Source: an uncultured bacterium (GTDB lineage: Bacteria; Krumholzibacteriota; Krumholzibacteriia; LZORAL124-64-63). Taken from it: a stretch of 64,000 bases of DNA. The notes beneath the pieces were generated by a model. The model was not told the DNA's origin, did not search any database, and saw nothing but the letters and a program-made list of their open reading frames with translations. The translations under genes were made by a program, and so were the position numbers. The stretch covers positions 34,030 to 98,029 of the forward strand of contig CALMJK010000016.1 in the NCBI GenBank assembly GCA_937864225.1, given 5' to 3'. Positions 19,281 to 28,086 of this stretch are shown here, in pieces (position 1 is the stretch's first letter; every line of letters begins with the position of its first letter).

Positions 19281-19310
19281 CGGCGGCCCCTCCTCCAGGA
19301 GGGGCCGCCG
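19281..19310 (+). other. Perfect 13-bp GC hairpin (cggcggcccctcc-tcca-ggaggggccgccg) in the leader
   Basis: The palindrome was read directly from the sequence and has no U-tract. It could act as an upstream-gene terminator or a leader attenuator. Confidence 0.4.
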
Positions 19311-19354
19311 CGTCTGGGCGCCCGCCCTGGAGGGCGTGACGACGAGGGAGTGCC

Positions 19355-20971
19355 GTGAGGACCTGGTGGTCGGGGAAGCTGGCGCTGCTGGCTTTGGTGG
19401 CCGGGCTGCTGGGCGGGCCGGGTTGCGGACGGGACGCGTCCCGGCGCCCGCTGGGGCCGGCGTCGGCGAGCCAACCGTCGGCGGGGGGCACGGCCGTGGT
19501 GGCGTTGCCCGCGGACCCCGATGTGCTCAACTCGCTGATCTCCGGTTCCGCCTACAGCGGACAGGTGCTGAGCCTGGTGAACGACGCCTTGATCGAAATC
19601 GGGGAGGACCTGCAGCCCCAGCCGCGCATCGCGCGGGCGTGGGACTGGAGCCCCGACAAGCTGGAGCTCACGTTCCATTTGCGGCCATGGCGCTGGGAGG
19701 ACGGCGCCGCGTTGACCGCGCGGGATGTCGCCAGTTCATTCGCCCTGTTCCGGTCGCCGCTGGTCGCAAGCCCGCGTCGCGGCGGCCTGGAGTGCGTCGC
19801 GAGCGTCCGGGCGCTGGATGACAGCACCGTGCGGTACGAATTGGTCGGTCCGCGCGCCGACGCGCTGCTGTCGGCGTCCCACGCGCTGCTCCCTGCGCAC
19901 CTGACTCAGCAGCTGGATCCAGGCGATGTGCGAACGTGGCCGCTCAACGAGCGGCCGCTGGCATCGGGCCCCTTCGCCGTCCAAGAGTGGCGCCGCGGCC
20001 GCGAACTGGTGCTCGTTCGCAACGAACGCTACCCAGGGCCCCGCGCGCTGCTCGACCGGATCGTCCTGCGCGTCATTCCTGACGAGACGGCGAGACTCGT
20101 GGAGTTGGAGACGGGGGGAGTCGATTTCGTGGACGAGATTCCGGCTCATGCCGCCGCGCGCCTGCAAAGGAGCGGTCGCGCCGAGGTCCAGCGCTGCGGA
20201 GGCCGCTTGATCGGGCATTTGCAATGGAATCTGCGGCGGCCGGGGCTTGACGATCGGCGCGTTCGCAAGGCGCTTTCGCTGGCGATCGATCGCGAAGCGT
20301 TCGTCCAGGGCTTGTTGCACGGATACGGCCGGGCGGCGGCGAGCCCGTTGCCTCCCCTGCTCGCGGCCCACGATTCGACGCTGGCGCCGGACCCGTTCGA
20401 TCCGGCCAGCGCGCGGGCGCTGCTCGCGGCCGCCGGCTGGCGTGATCGCGACGGAGACGGCATCGTCGATCGCGACGGACAGCCGCTGTCGCTGCTGGTG
20501 ATCACGCGCAAGGGCGATCCGGTGCGCGAGAGCGGCCTGACCGTGATCCGCAGCAATCTGCGCGCGGTCGGCGTGGACGTGCGGGGGCGGGTTCTGGAAT
20601 TCGGGGCCGCGCTCGACGAGGTGCGCGCGGGACGATTCGACGCCTATCTGGGCGTGTACTCGGCGCGTATCTGGCCCGACCCCTCCGGCTTGCTGCAGGC
20701 GAGCGCCACGGATCGATTCAACTATGGAGGATACGCGAGCGCCGAGGCCGATTCGGTGCTCGCAGCCGCCCTCGCGTGTCCCGATGCGGAGGCGGCGAAG
20801 CGAGTCTGGGCCAGCTATCAACGGATCGTGGCCGAGGACGCGCCGATTGCCTTCCTTTATTACCCTGATTCGCTCAGCGGTGTGTCGCGGCGGCTGCGGG
20901 ACGTGCGGACTCATGTCCTGTCGCCCTTCAACAATGCCCAGGCGTGGTGGATCGCGCCGGAAGATCGCTGA
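19355..20971 (+). CDS. ABC transporter substrate-binding protein, family 5 (peptide/nickel, OppA/DppA-like) lipoprotein
   Basis: The protein has a signal peptide plus a GCG lipobox and family-5 solute-binding-protein conservation along its length. No permease or ATPase genes are adjacent. Confidence 0.8.
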   Translation: MRTWWSGKLALLALVAGLLGGPGCGRDASRRPLGPASASQPSAGGTAVVALPADPDVLNSLISGSAYSGQVLSLVNDALIEIGEDLQPQPRIARAWDWSPDKLELTFHLRPWRWEDGAALTARDVASSFALFRSPLVASPRRGGLECVASVRALDDSTVRYELVGPRADALLSASHALLPAHLTQQLDPGDVRTWPLNERPLASGPFAVQEWRRGRELVLVRNERYPGPRALLDRIVLRVIPDETARLVELETGGVDFVDEIPAHAAARLQRSGRAEVQRCGGRLIGHLQWNLRRPGLDDRRVRKALSLAIDREAFVQGLLHGYGRAAASPLPPLLAAHDSTLAPDPFDPASARALLAAAGWRDRDGDGIVDRDGQPLSLLVITRKGDPVRESGLTVIRSNLRAVGVDVRGRVLEFGAALDEVRAGRFDAYLGVYSARIWPDPSGLLQASATDRFNYGGYASAEADSVLAAALACPDAEAAKRVWASYQRIVAEDAPIAFLYYPDSLSGVSRRLRDVRTHVLSPFNNAQAWWIAPEDR

Positions 20972-21022
20972 GCGCTTTTCGAGCGAGCCGCTCTGGCTAC
21001 GCTGAAATTCCTGACGTATTTT

Positions 21023-22726
21023 ATGGTCATGAAGTTGCCGATTCGCAGCGAGCGCCGGCCGGTCCGGCGAACAAGTGTTCGGGGCAAACTGGCGCGGGCC
21101 GTGCTGTGGTCGCTGGCCCTGCTGCTGAACGGCTGCTCCGATTCCAGTGTTTCGCCGCCAGCGCCCGTGCAGATCGTCTTCGAGCCTGCAGCGGCGGAGC
21201 TCGACCTGTCGTACGGGACACGGGTGACTTTCTCCGTGTCCGCCAGCTCTGGACCGACACCGCTCGCCGCCTTCTACCGCGGCAGCGCCCTGCTGGGGAC
21301 CGGCTCGTCGTACTTGTACGATTGCGCGCAGGTCGGACTCGATTCCCTGCGGGCCGAGGCGTATTGCGACAGCGACACGATCGTCAAGAACTGGCAATTG
21401 CGCGTGGATGCCGGTTGGGGCGACTGCCCGGCCCCGGTGGGGGTCTACGCGGCCCCCGGCCTGCGGCCGGGCGGGCTGACCATACGCTGGGCGTCGGCCG
21501 CGCCGGCTCTCAATCCGCGCCCGATCGTGCTCTACCACGTAGCGGTCGCCTACGACGCGCCGCTCACCGAAGCCGACTGGCCCGGGAATGCGATCCTGGC
21601 GTCCGTTCCTTACAACGGCGCCCTGCTGGCGTACGCCTTGGAACCGGCCGGCCTTCCCCAGGGAAGCGTGGCCGCCGTGGGGGTGCGCGCGGAGGACGAT
21701 CGCGGCGTTCTTTCGCCGCTGGTTGTCACCGCCGTGGCCCGCGTGCCGGCGGCGTGGTGGCTGTCCGGACATCTGATCGACCCCGCGGGCCAGGCCCTCG
21801 AGGGCTTGAGCGTCGTGGTCGGGAGCCTGCCGGAGTATCGCACTTTGAGCGCCGCCGACGGCAGTTTCACGTTGCCCAGGTCCGACCTGGTCCCCGAGGG
21901 ATTTCGCGACATCGACAAATTCGTGCTGTCCATCCGCGACGAGTTGGACTTCGGTCGCGTCGGGCGCTGGTACGACATCCGCTCCGACAGCCTCGGCGTG
22001 GCGGACGACGTTCCGTTGGACATCATCATGATCCCGGGACGGGACGAATACGGCGAGACCTTGATGCAGACCGAATGTGGAATCATCGCCACTTACGCGG
22101 GCCCCGAAATTGATGTCCAGGAATTTTTGCTGTACCTGCGGAGCATGACGAGGACGACCTACGTCACTCAGCCTCGCCTATTCAAGTGGGACGCTTGGCC
22201 GGTCCACTGGTGGCTGCGCCAGCCAGCCTGGAGCGACTCGGGCAGTTTCGACTTCGTGCCGCTGTTCAGGGCGGCCACGGCCGCCTGGAATTCCCGGCTG
22301 GGCGCCGATTGCTTCGTCGAAGTGGCGGATAGTCTCGCGGCCGATCTGTGGATCGCGGCCGAGACGATGAATAGCAATCTCTTCGGCATGACGTCGATCG
22401 TGGAGCCAGAATACGCGCCGATCAACACGATCGTGCCCAGCCGCATGCGGATCCAGGTGAGGCGCGACCTGCGGTACGAGAACCTCGCGGCGGGTGTTGT
22501 CGTGCATGAGTTGGGGCATGCGCTCTGTCTGGGAGCGCACGGGGAGTGCGAGGATCCCTATCTGCAAATCATGCGCGACGGTGCGCACGAAATTGAGGCC
22601 CCCGCGCCGGGCGAGAGCTGGATATCCAATATGGCCGCCGCCATCGCGCCGGAGGAGAGGCTCGCGGCGCACTTGGTGCGCCTGCTGCCCCAGCGCGTCA
22701 ACATGCACCAGTATCTGCTTGACTGA
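21023..22726 (+). CDS. Putative zinc metalloprotease lipoprotein (HExxH, metzincin-like)
   Basis: The N-terminus LALLLNGCSD is a lipobox. Near the C-terminus VVHELGHALCLGAHGECEDPYLQIM gives an HExxH plus third-His arrangement with a downstream Met. Confidence 0.5.
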   Translation: MVMKLPIRSERRPVRRTSVRGKLARAVLWSLALLLNGCSDSSVSPPAPVQIVFEPAAAELDLSYGTRVTFSVSASSGPTPLAAFYRGSALLGTGSSYLYDCAQVGLDSLRAEAYCDSDTIVKNWQLRVDAGWGDCPAPVGVYAAPGLRPGGLTIRWASAAPALNPRPIVLYHVAVAYDAPLTEADWPGNAILASVPYNGALLAYALEPAGLPQGSVAAVGVRAEDDRGVLSPLVVTAVARVPAAWWLSGHLIDPAGQALEGLSVVVGSLPEYRTLSAADGSFTLPRSDLVPEGFRDIDKFVLSIRDELDFGRVGRWYDIRSDSLGVADDVPLDIIMIPGRDEYGETLMQTECGIIATYAGPEIDVQEFLLYLRSMTRTTYVTQPRLFKWDAWPVHWWLRQPAWSDSGSFDFVPLFRAATAAWNSRLGADCFVEVADSLAADLWIAAETMNSNLFGMTSIVEPEYAPINTIVPSRMRIQVRRDLRYENLAAGVVVHELGHALCLGAHGECEDPYLQIMRDGAHEIEAPAPGESWISNMAAAIAPEERLAAHLVRLLPQRVNMHQYLLD

Positions 22727-22826
22727 TCGCCGATATTACACGACATTGGGCTCGTGTTGTTCGAACCCATCGCGTGGTAACAATTATCAACGCGGACCCG
22801 CCTCATTCTCGCCCGGAGGTGCAAAC

Positions 22827-23336
22827 ATGCCGCGAGGCAAAGCTAAGTTGGCTTCGAGCCTGACCGTGGTCGAACTCAGAAGCCTGTTGGCCGTCAAGGA
22901 GAAGATGGTCGCTCTCGAAGCCAAGAAGGCGAAACTGGAAAGCGAACTCGCCGCGGTCAATGCGTCTTTGCGCAAGATCGCGTCCGCCAGCGCGACGGCG
23001 CCCAAGGGGAAGCCGAGGCGCAAGGCGCGGCGGCCGCGCAAGAAGACCGCCGCGGTCGCCAAGGCCGCCGCGTCCAAGAAGGTCGCGCGCAAGAAGACGC
23101 GCGGCGCGAAGGTGCGGCGAAGCGGCCGGACGGGCGCGACGCTGCAGGAAGTCGTGGCGGGGCTCATCCGGCAGAATGGCAAGCCGATGGAGTTTCAGAC
23201 CATCCTCGGCACCATTCGCCGCAAGAAGCTGGTCACCACGCGCAGCGCCAACTTCGCCAACGTGCTGCGCCGGACGCTCTCGACCAGCACGCGCATCAAG
23301 CGCGTGGCCCGCGGCACGTACGGCCTGGCCAAATAG
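22827..23336 (+). CDS. HARE-HTH domain protein with N-terminal coiled coil and Lys/Ala/Arg-rich histone-H1-like region
   Basis: The C-terminal 65 aa (ATLQEVVAGLIRQNGKPMEFQTILGTI…NFANVLRRTLSTSTRIKRVARGTYGLA) match the HARE-HTH consensus known from the RpoE delta subunit. The middle region (KGKPRRKARRPRKKTAAVAKAAASKKVARKK) is strongly basic. A GGAGGT RBS lies upstream. Confidence 0.6.
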   Translation: MPRGKAKLASSLTVVELRSLLAVKEKMVALEAKKAKLESELAAVNASLRKIASASATAPKGKPRRKARRPRKKTAAVAKAAASKKVARKKTRGAKVRRSGRTGATLQEVVAGLIRQNGKPMEFQTILGTIRRKKLVTTRSANFANVLRRTLSTSTRIKRVARGTYGLAK

Positions 23337-23355
23337 CGCGCCGCCGGGGGCGGGA

Positions 23356-23700
23356 TCAGCCCGGAGGCCAGCGCAGGGCGCGGCCGCCCAAAAGATGGAG
23401 ATGGAGATGGGGGACGGTCTGACCGGCCCCCTCTCCACAATTGACGACCAGGCGGTAGCCGGCCGCTTCCAGGCCGAGCTCGCGGGCCAGCGTGGTCGCC
23501 AAGATCGCCAGCCGCCCCAGCATCGGCGCGTCATCCGCGGTAAGGTCGGCGAGGGATTCGACGTGACGGCGCGGCACGAGCAGGACGTGGGTGGGGGCCT
23601 GCGGGTTGATGTCATGGAAGGCGAAGAAGTCCTCATCCTCGTAGGCGCGGCGACTGGGTATGCGCCCGCCGGCAATCTCGCAGAACACGCACTTGGGCAT
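23356..23700 (-). CDS. HIT-family (histidine triad) nucleotide hydrolase
   Basis: The translation carries the CVFCEI motif and the HxHxHxx motif (HLHLHLLGG). Confidence 0.85.
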   Translation of the reverse strand: MPKCVFCEIAGGRIPSRRAYEDEDFFAFHDINPQAPTHVLLVPRRHVESLADLTADDAPMLGRLAILATTLARELGLEAAGYRLVVNCGEGAGQTVPHLHLHLLGGRALRWPPG

Positions 23701-23792
23701 GACGCTCCTTCCCGCCGCCTCGCCCGAGGCGAGGCGGCCCGGCGCGAGGCACACTAGCACGCCGGCGCCGGACGCCGCAATCGGGGGCCCGC

Positions 23793-24722
23793 GTGAGCAC
23801 GCTGCTGGTCGTCGGCTACAATGCCTGGGACGTGATCGTGCCGCTGCCGGCGCTGCCCGCGTCCGACACCAAGCTCGAAACGCCGGGGCTGCTCACGGGG
23901 GGCGGTGGACCGGCGGCCACGGCGGCGGTGGCGCTGGCCCGCCTGGGGGCGCAGGTCCGCCTGGTCACGCCGCTGGCGGACGATCCCCCGGGGCTATCGC
24001 AGCGGCGCGAACTGCAAGCGGCGGGCGTCGACTTGTCGCTCAGCCCGACACGCGCGGGGGCTGCCTCGCCGGTCGCCGTCATTCTCGTGGAGCCGTCGGG
24101 AGCGCGCACGATTCTCTGGCGGCGCGGCGGTTTGCCGGGCCTCGCGCCGGCGGAGACGGCGGCGGCTTGGCTCGATGGCGTCGACGTCCTGCTGTGCGAC
24201 AGTCACGAGCCCGCGGCGGCGGCGGCGCTGGCGACGGCGGCCAGGGCGCGGGGCGTGCCGGTCGTGCTCGACGGCGGCACGGCCCGTCAGGGCTTGGCGG
24301 AACTGGTGCCCCTGTGCGACGACGTGATCGCCTCGTCCGTGTTCGCGCCGGCGCTCACGGGTGAGCGGGATCCGATCGCCGCGCTGCGGGCGTTGGCGGC
24401 GCGGGGCCCGGCGCGGGTGGCGATCACCTATGGGTCGGCCGGCTGCCTGGCCTTGGCCCAGGACGCGCCGTTCCACGTGCCGGCCTTCGACGTGCCGGTG
24501 CGCGACACCACGGGCGCCGGCGATGCGTTCCACGCCGGGTATGCGCTGGCGCGCGCCGAGGGGCGCCCTTTCGCCGAGAGTCTGGCGTGGGGCAGCGCCG
24601 TGGCGGCCCTCAAGTGCCGGGATTGGGGCGGGCGCCGCGGCCTGCCGACCCGTTCTGAAGTGGAGGCCTTGCTGCGGGATGGATGTCGGCGAGCCGAGCG
24701 CCCGCCCTCCGGAGGCAGCTGA
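23793..24722 (+). CDS. PfkB-family carbohydrate kinase (ribokinase-like)
   Basis: Glycine-rich N-terminal motifs and a C-terminal DTTGAGDAF anion-hole motif identify the family. Confidence 0.8.
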   Translation: MSTLLVVGYNAWDVIVPLPALPASDTKLETPGLLTGGGGPAATAAVALARLGAQVRLVTPLADDPPGLSQRRELQAAGVDLSLSPTRAGAASPVAVILVEPSGARTILWRRGGLPGLAPAETAAAWLDGVDVLLCDSHEPAAAAALATAARARGVPVVLDGGTARQGLAELVPLCDDVIASSVFAPALTGERDPIAALRALAARGPARVAITYGSAGCLALAQDAPFHVPAFDVPVRDTTGAGDAFHAGYALARAEGRPFAESLAWGSAVAALKCRDWGGRRGLPTRSEVEALLRDGCRRAERPPSGGS

Positions 24723-24744
24723 GCGGAAATTCTGTTTTTTTGCC

Positions 24745-24774
24745 TTGGATTTTCGCCTATTTTTCGCTTAAACT
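24745..24774 (+). promoter_or_regulatory. Candidate lexA promoter (TTGGAT-18-TAAACT) with embedded direct repeat TTCG-N7-TTCG (possible LexA operator)
   Basis: The region lies in a T-rich intergenic stretch 45 nt upstream of lexA. The direct repeat sits at 24752-24766 within the spacer. The operator assignment is inference only. Confidence 0.3.
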
Positions 24775-24818
24775 GACCGAGCGCGGCAGCCGGGCCGCGT
24801 GGAACAAGGGAGGCGCCC

Positions 24819-25415
24819 ATGGGCTTGACGCCGCGCCAGGCCGAGATCCTGTCCTACATCCAGGAGTACACCCGCACGCACGGCTATGCGCCGACGCTGC
24901 AAGAGATCGCGCGGCGCTTCTCGCTCGCCTCGGTGGCCACGGTGCACAAGCACGTCAGCCGGCTCGTCGATCAGGGGCGCTTGGCGCGTGGCCGGCATGA
25001 ACATCGCGGGCTGGCGCTGCCCGAGCCCGCGCGGAGGGCCAGGCCGGTGGCGTTGCTCGGAGCGGTCGCGGCCGGGCGCCCGATCGAGCCGCTGGCCGCC
25101 GTCGAAGAACTCGAACTGCCCGAGTCCTGGCTCGCGCGCGGCCGCACCTTCGCGCTGCGCGTGAGGGGCGATTCGATGATCGACGAGCAGATCCGCGACG
25201 GGGACGTGGTGATCGTCGAAGAGCGCGAGGACGCCCGCAACGGGGAGACCGTGATCGCGCTCGTCGACGGCGAGGCGGTGACCGTCAAGCGGTTTCGCCG
25301 CGATGGGTCGCTGATTCGTCTCGAGCCTGCGAACAGCCGGCTCGCTCCCCTCGTGCTTCCCGAGGAGCGTGTCCGTGTGCAGGGCGTCGTCGTCGGGGTT
25401 TTCCGACGGTTCTGA
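24819..25415 (+). CDS. lexA: LexA repressor
   Basis: The N-terminus is a winged HTH (LTPRQAEILSYI…), and the C-terminus is an S24 peptidase with an AAG cleavage site and a Ser/Lys dyad (RGDSM … KRF). Confidence 0.9.
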   Translation: MGLTPRQAEILSYIQEYTRTHGYAPTLQEIARRFSLASVATVHKHVSRLVDQGRLARGRHEHRGLALPEPARRARPVALLGAVAAGRPIEPLAAVEELELPESWLARGRTFALRVRGDSMIDEQIRDGDVVIVEEREDARNGETVIALVDGEAVTVKRFRRDGSLIRLEPANSRLAPLVLPEERVRVQGVVVGVFRRF

Positions 25416-26448
25416 ACGTGGCGCGCGCGAGCGGCGCGTGTTGCACCTGCGCCCGCTGGGCGCGCGCTGGCCCGACCGGGCGCGCGTCCACGGCGCGCGC
25501 TGGACGCCGGTCTGGGAGCTGGGCGAGGGTGGAATCCACCTCGATCTGACCGGAACCGAGCGCCTGCACGGCGGCGGAGATGATGGCCCGATCCGGGTTT
25601 GCCGCGAGGCCGCCGCGCGCTGGGGCGCGTTGGCGGGCGGCAGCGCGCCGTCGCGCTTGGCTGCCGCGCTCGCCTCGCGGATCGCGGCGGACGACGCGGT
25701 GCGGCGGCTCGTTTCCGGCGAGCGCCCCGCCCTCCTGCTGTGCGTGGCGCCCGGGAGCGTCGAGGCATTCCTGGCCCCCTTCCCCGTGAGCGTGCTGGGC
25801 CGCGGCCAGCTGGAGACGGTGAATGTGCTGCGGCGCGCCGGGCTGCGCACGCTGGGAGATCTGCAGGAGCTGCCGGCCGCGAGGTTGGCGGCGTGGCTGG
25901 GCGCCGAAGGGGCGCGGCTGGCGGAGCTGGCGCGAGGGATGGACCGGACGCCGCGGTCCGCGGCGTGCTCGCGGACGGCGACCGTGGTCGCGGTGGCGTT
26001 CGAGCGTCCGCTGTCCGGGCGGCTGCCGCTGGCTACGCTGTGGCGCGCGACGGCCGGCCGGGCGTTGCTGGCCTGTCCCGAGGGGCCGGGCGCGTGGGCG
26101 TGGTGGGACCTGCGCGCGTGTCGAGGGAGCGGCTGGGAAACGGCCCGCGTCACGGCCGAGCCCGCGGCGGGCGGCACGCTGGGCGACTGGCTCGCCCTGT
26201 TGCAGCGGCTTTGGCGCCGGCTGCCGCCCCGCCGGGCCGGCCTGACGGCGCTTTGCCTGGCGGCGGGCGAGCGGCGTCGAGACGCGCGCGCCGCGCAGGG
26301 CGAGCTCTTCGGGCCGACCGCCGCGGAGCGGTTGGCCGCCGCCTGGCGACGCGCCGGACATCGCGATCCCGGGCTGGTGCATCTGGCGGCGCAGGAACTG
26401 CTCGAGGATTGGGGCGCGGTCTGGTCGGATCCGCAGCGCGAGACGTGA
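25369..26448 (+). CDS. ImuB-like Y-family DNA polymerase homolog lacking the N-terminal catalytic palm (putative)
   Basis: LHLRPLGARWP…HLDLTGTERLHGG resembles the ImuB N-terminus and the LDVTGS…FGG motif. The helix-hairpin-helix element (RRAGLRTLGDLQELPAARLAAWLG…ARG) is Y-family-like, but there is no DxD/SIDE catalytic region. The ORF overlaps the lexA 3' end. Confidence 0.45.
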   Translation: MSVCRASSSGFSDGSERGARERRVLHLRPLGARWPDRARVHGARWTPVWELGEGGIHLDLTGTERLHGGGDDGPIRVCREAAARWGALAGGSAPSRLAAALASRIAADDAVRRLVSGERPALLLCVAPGSVEAFLAPFPVSVLGRGQLETVNVLRRAGLRTLGDLQELPAARLAAWLGAEGARLAELARGMDRTPRSAACSRTATVVAVAFERPLSGRLPLATLWRATAGRALLACPEGPGAWAWWDLRACRGSGWETARVTAEPAAGGTLGDWLALLQRLWRRLPPRRAGLTALCLAAGERRRDARAAQGELFGPTAAERLAAAWRRAGHRDPGLVHLAAQELLEDWGAVWSDPQRET

Positions 26449-26459
26449 CGGGGCGCGGC

Positions 26460-27428
26460 TCAGAAAAGCGGCGGTTCGCCGTGGCCGGCGGCCGGCTCGG
26501 TCGCGGGGAACGCGGCCAGTTCACGCGGAAAGACGCGGCGCAGGGACGCCGGCACGGCCGGCGTCCTGCCCGACCAGAGCCGCTGCAGCTGGAGCGCGTT
26601 CACCACGGCCTGTCCGCGGAAATGATTGTTCGCGATCACATAGACAGGCGTACCGGCGGGCAGCCCGGGCGCCGTCGCGCGCAGTCGGTCCGCCCAACCC
26701 GCGAGCTGCGCGTCGCTGTACAGGTAGTCGTAGCGTTGATCTCGTCCGGCCCCGGGGTCGAACCAGGCGGCGGCGTTGCGGCCGTGCAATCGGAAGTATA
26801 GAGGAGAGGCGGGACCGGCCTGCAAGACGGCGGCGGCGAGCGCGTCGCCCGGGTCGAGGTTGCCGCGCGACGAGGGTTGATCGGGCACGACGGCCGGAAA
26901 CGGCAAGGGCGCGACCCAACCCGCGCGGCGCACCTCGATCACGAGCGGCCAGCCCGCGTCGCGAGCCGCGCTCGCCACGTCGGCCAGGGCCGCTCGCGTC
27001 GCGGGCGTTGGGCGCAGCGACCAAGGGAACTGCAGCAGCAGCGCGCCCAGGTGTCCACTCTCGCGGGCCGGCCAGAAGGCCGCGCACGCGGCGTTCACCG
27101 CGGCGGGGTCGGGCACGCCGCCGCCGTGGCTGAGCCGTTGGGAAAGCTTGAAGCACCAGCGGAAGTCCGGGTACGCCTCGGTCCGACGGCACCAGGCCGC
27201 GATCTGGGTGGCGCCGACGTCGCGGTAGAACGTGACGTTCACTTCGATCGTCGGAAAGAGAGCCAGGAGCAGCTCCAGGTTCTGCCTGCCGCCTCTCGTC
27301 CCGGCGGCGTACACGACGCCTTGCCAATCCGCGTAACTCCAGCCGGCCGGCCCGCACCTGACCTCCGGGCCGTCCGGCGTCGCGCGCAGCGCGCCGTGCC
27401 CCTCCTTCTCTGGCGCCGCATTGCACAT
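26460..27428 (-). CDS. DUF72 (YecE) family protein
   Basis: The translation carries the GWSYADWQG motif near the N-terminus and DUF72 conservation throughout. The true start may be the internal GTG (VRCGPAGWSY…). Confidence 0.75.
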   Translation of the reverse strand: MCNAAPEKEGHGALRATPDGPEVRCGPAGWSYADWQGVVYAAGTRGGRQNLELLLALFPTIEVNVTFYRDVGATQIAAWCRRTEAYPDFRWCFKLSQRLSHGGGVPDPAAVNAACAAFWPARESGHLGALLLQFPWSLRPTPATRAALADVASAARDAGWPLVIEVRRAGWVAPLPFPAVVPDQPSSRGNLDPGDALAAAVLQAGPASPLYFRLHGRNAAAWFDPGAGRDQRYDYLYSDAQLAGWADRLRATAPGLPAGTPVYVIANNHFRGQAVVNALQLQRLWSGRTPAVPASLRRVFPRELAAFPATEPAAGHGEPPLF

Positions 27429-27501
27429 TCTGATCCCTTCGGGCGCGACGGCGCGATTCTAGAGACACCCTCCCCAGGCGTCAACGCGGGCGCGGGGGCG
27501 G

Positions 27502-27530
27502 TTGACGGGGGCGCGGATGGCCGGTACCAT
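27502..27530 (+). promoter_or_regulatory. Candidate promoter TTGACG-17-TACCAT upstream of hsp20
   Basis: The hexamers were read directly and lie about 45 nt upstream of the Hsp20 start. Confidence 0.45.
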
Positions 27531-27575
27531 CGGCCGCGTCACGCCACGAGCACGTATCGCGGACGGGAGGCACGC

Positions 27576-28025
27576 ATGCTCCTGGAGCGCATGAGCGAAT
27601 CGGACCGGGCCGGCGGCATGGAGGAAATCTTCGAGATCCTGGTCACCTCCTTCAAGGGGCACAGCGGCGGACTGCCGATGGAAGGGGATCTCGCCTGGCG
27701 TCCCGCCACCGACGCCTACGAGACGGAGGAAGGCTTCGTCGTCCAGATGGATCTGGCGGGCATGGACCCGGCGAACATCGAGGTCGCGATCGACGGGGAC
27801 ACGCTCGTCGTGCGCGGCGTGCGAGGCGACATCGCTCCGCCTGGCAAGAAGCACTACTTCAAGATGGAAATCAGCGTCGGGCCGTTCGAGCGCCGCATCC
27901 AGGTGCCGTTCGAGATGGATCCGCAGAGCGCGACGGCTGGGTACCGGAACGGCTTCCTCTACGTCGAGGTGCGCCGGGGACGCCGGCGGCTTTACGCGCG
28001 TCGGCGCATCGACGTGGGCGAGTGA
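27576..28025 (+). CDS. Small heat-shock protein, Hsp20/alpha-crystallin family
   Basis: The alpha-crystallin domain is evident (…FVVQMDLAGMDPANIEVAIDGDTLVVRGVR…GFLYVEV). Confidence 0.85.
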   Translation: MLLERMSESDRAGGMEEIFEILVTSFKGHSGGLPMEGDLAWRPATDAYETEEGFVVQMDLAGMDPANIEVAIDGDTLVVRGVRGDIAPPGKKHYFKMEISVGPFERRIQVPFEMDPQSATAGYRNGFLYVEVRRGRRRLYARRRIDVGE

Positions 28026-28086
28026 GGCGACACGATTCGTGGCGGGCGCCGGAGGGCGCCGCGAGGGGAGAAGAGCGTTGTCTCCG

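Noticed and set aside
22727-22826. AT-rich 100-nt intergenic segment checked as a possible tRNA or ncRNA
   Set aside because: The segment is too short and has no cloverleaf-compatible stems. It is best explained as the promoter region of the HARE-HTH gene.
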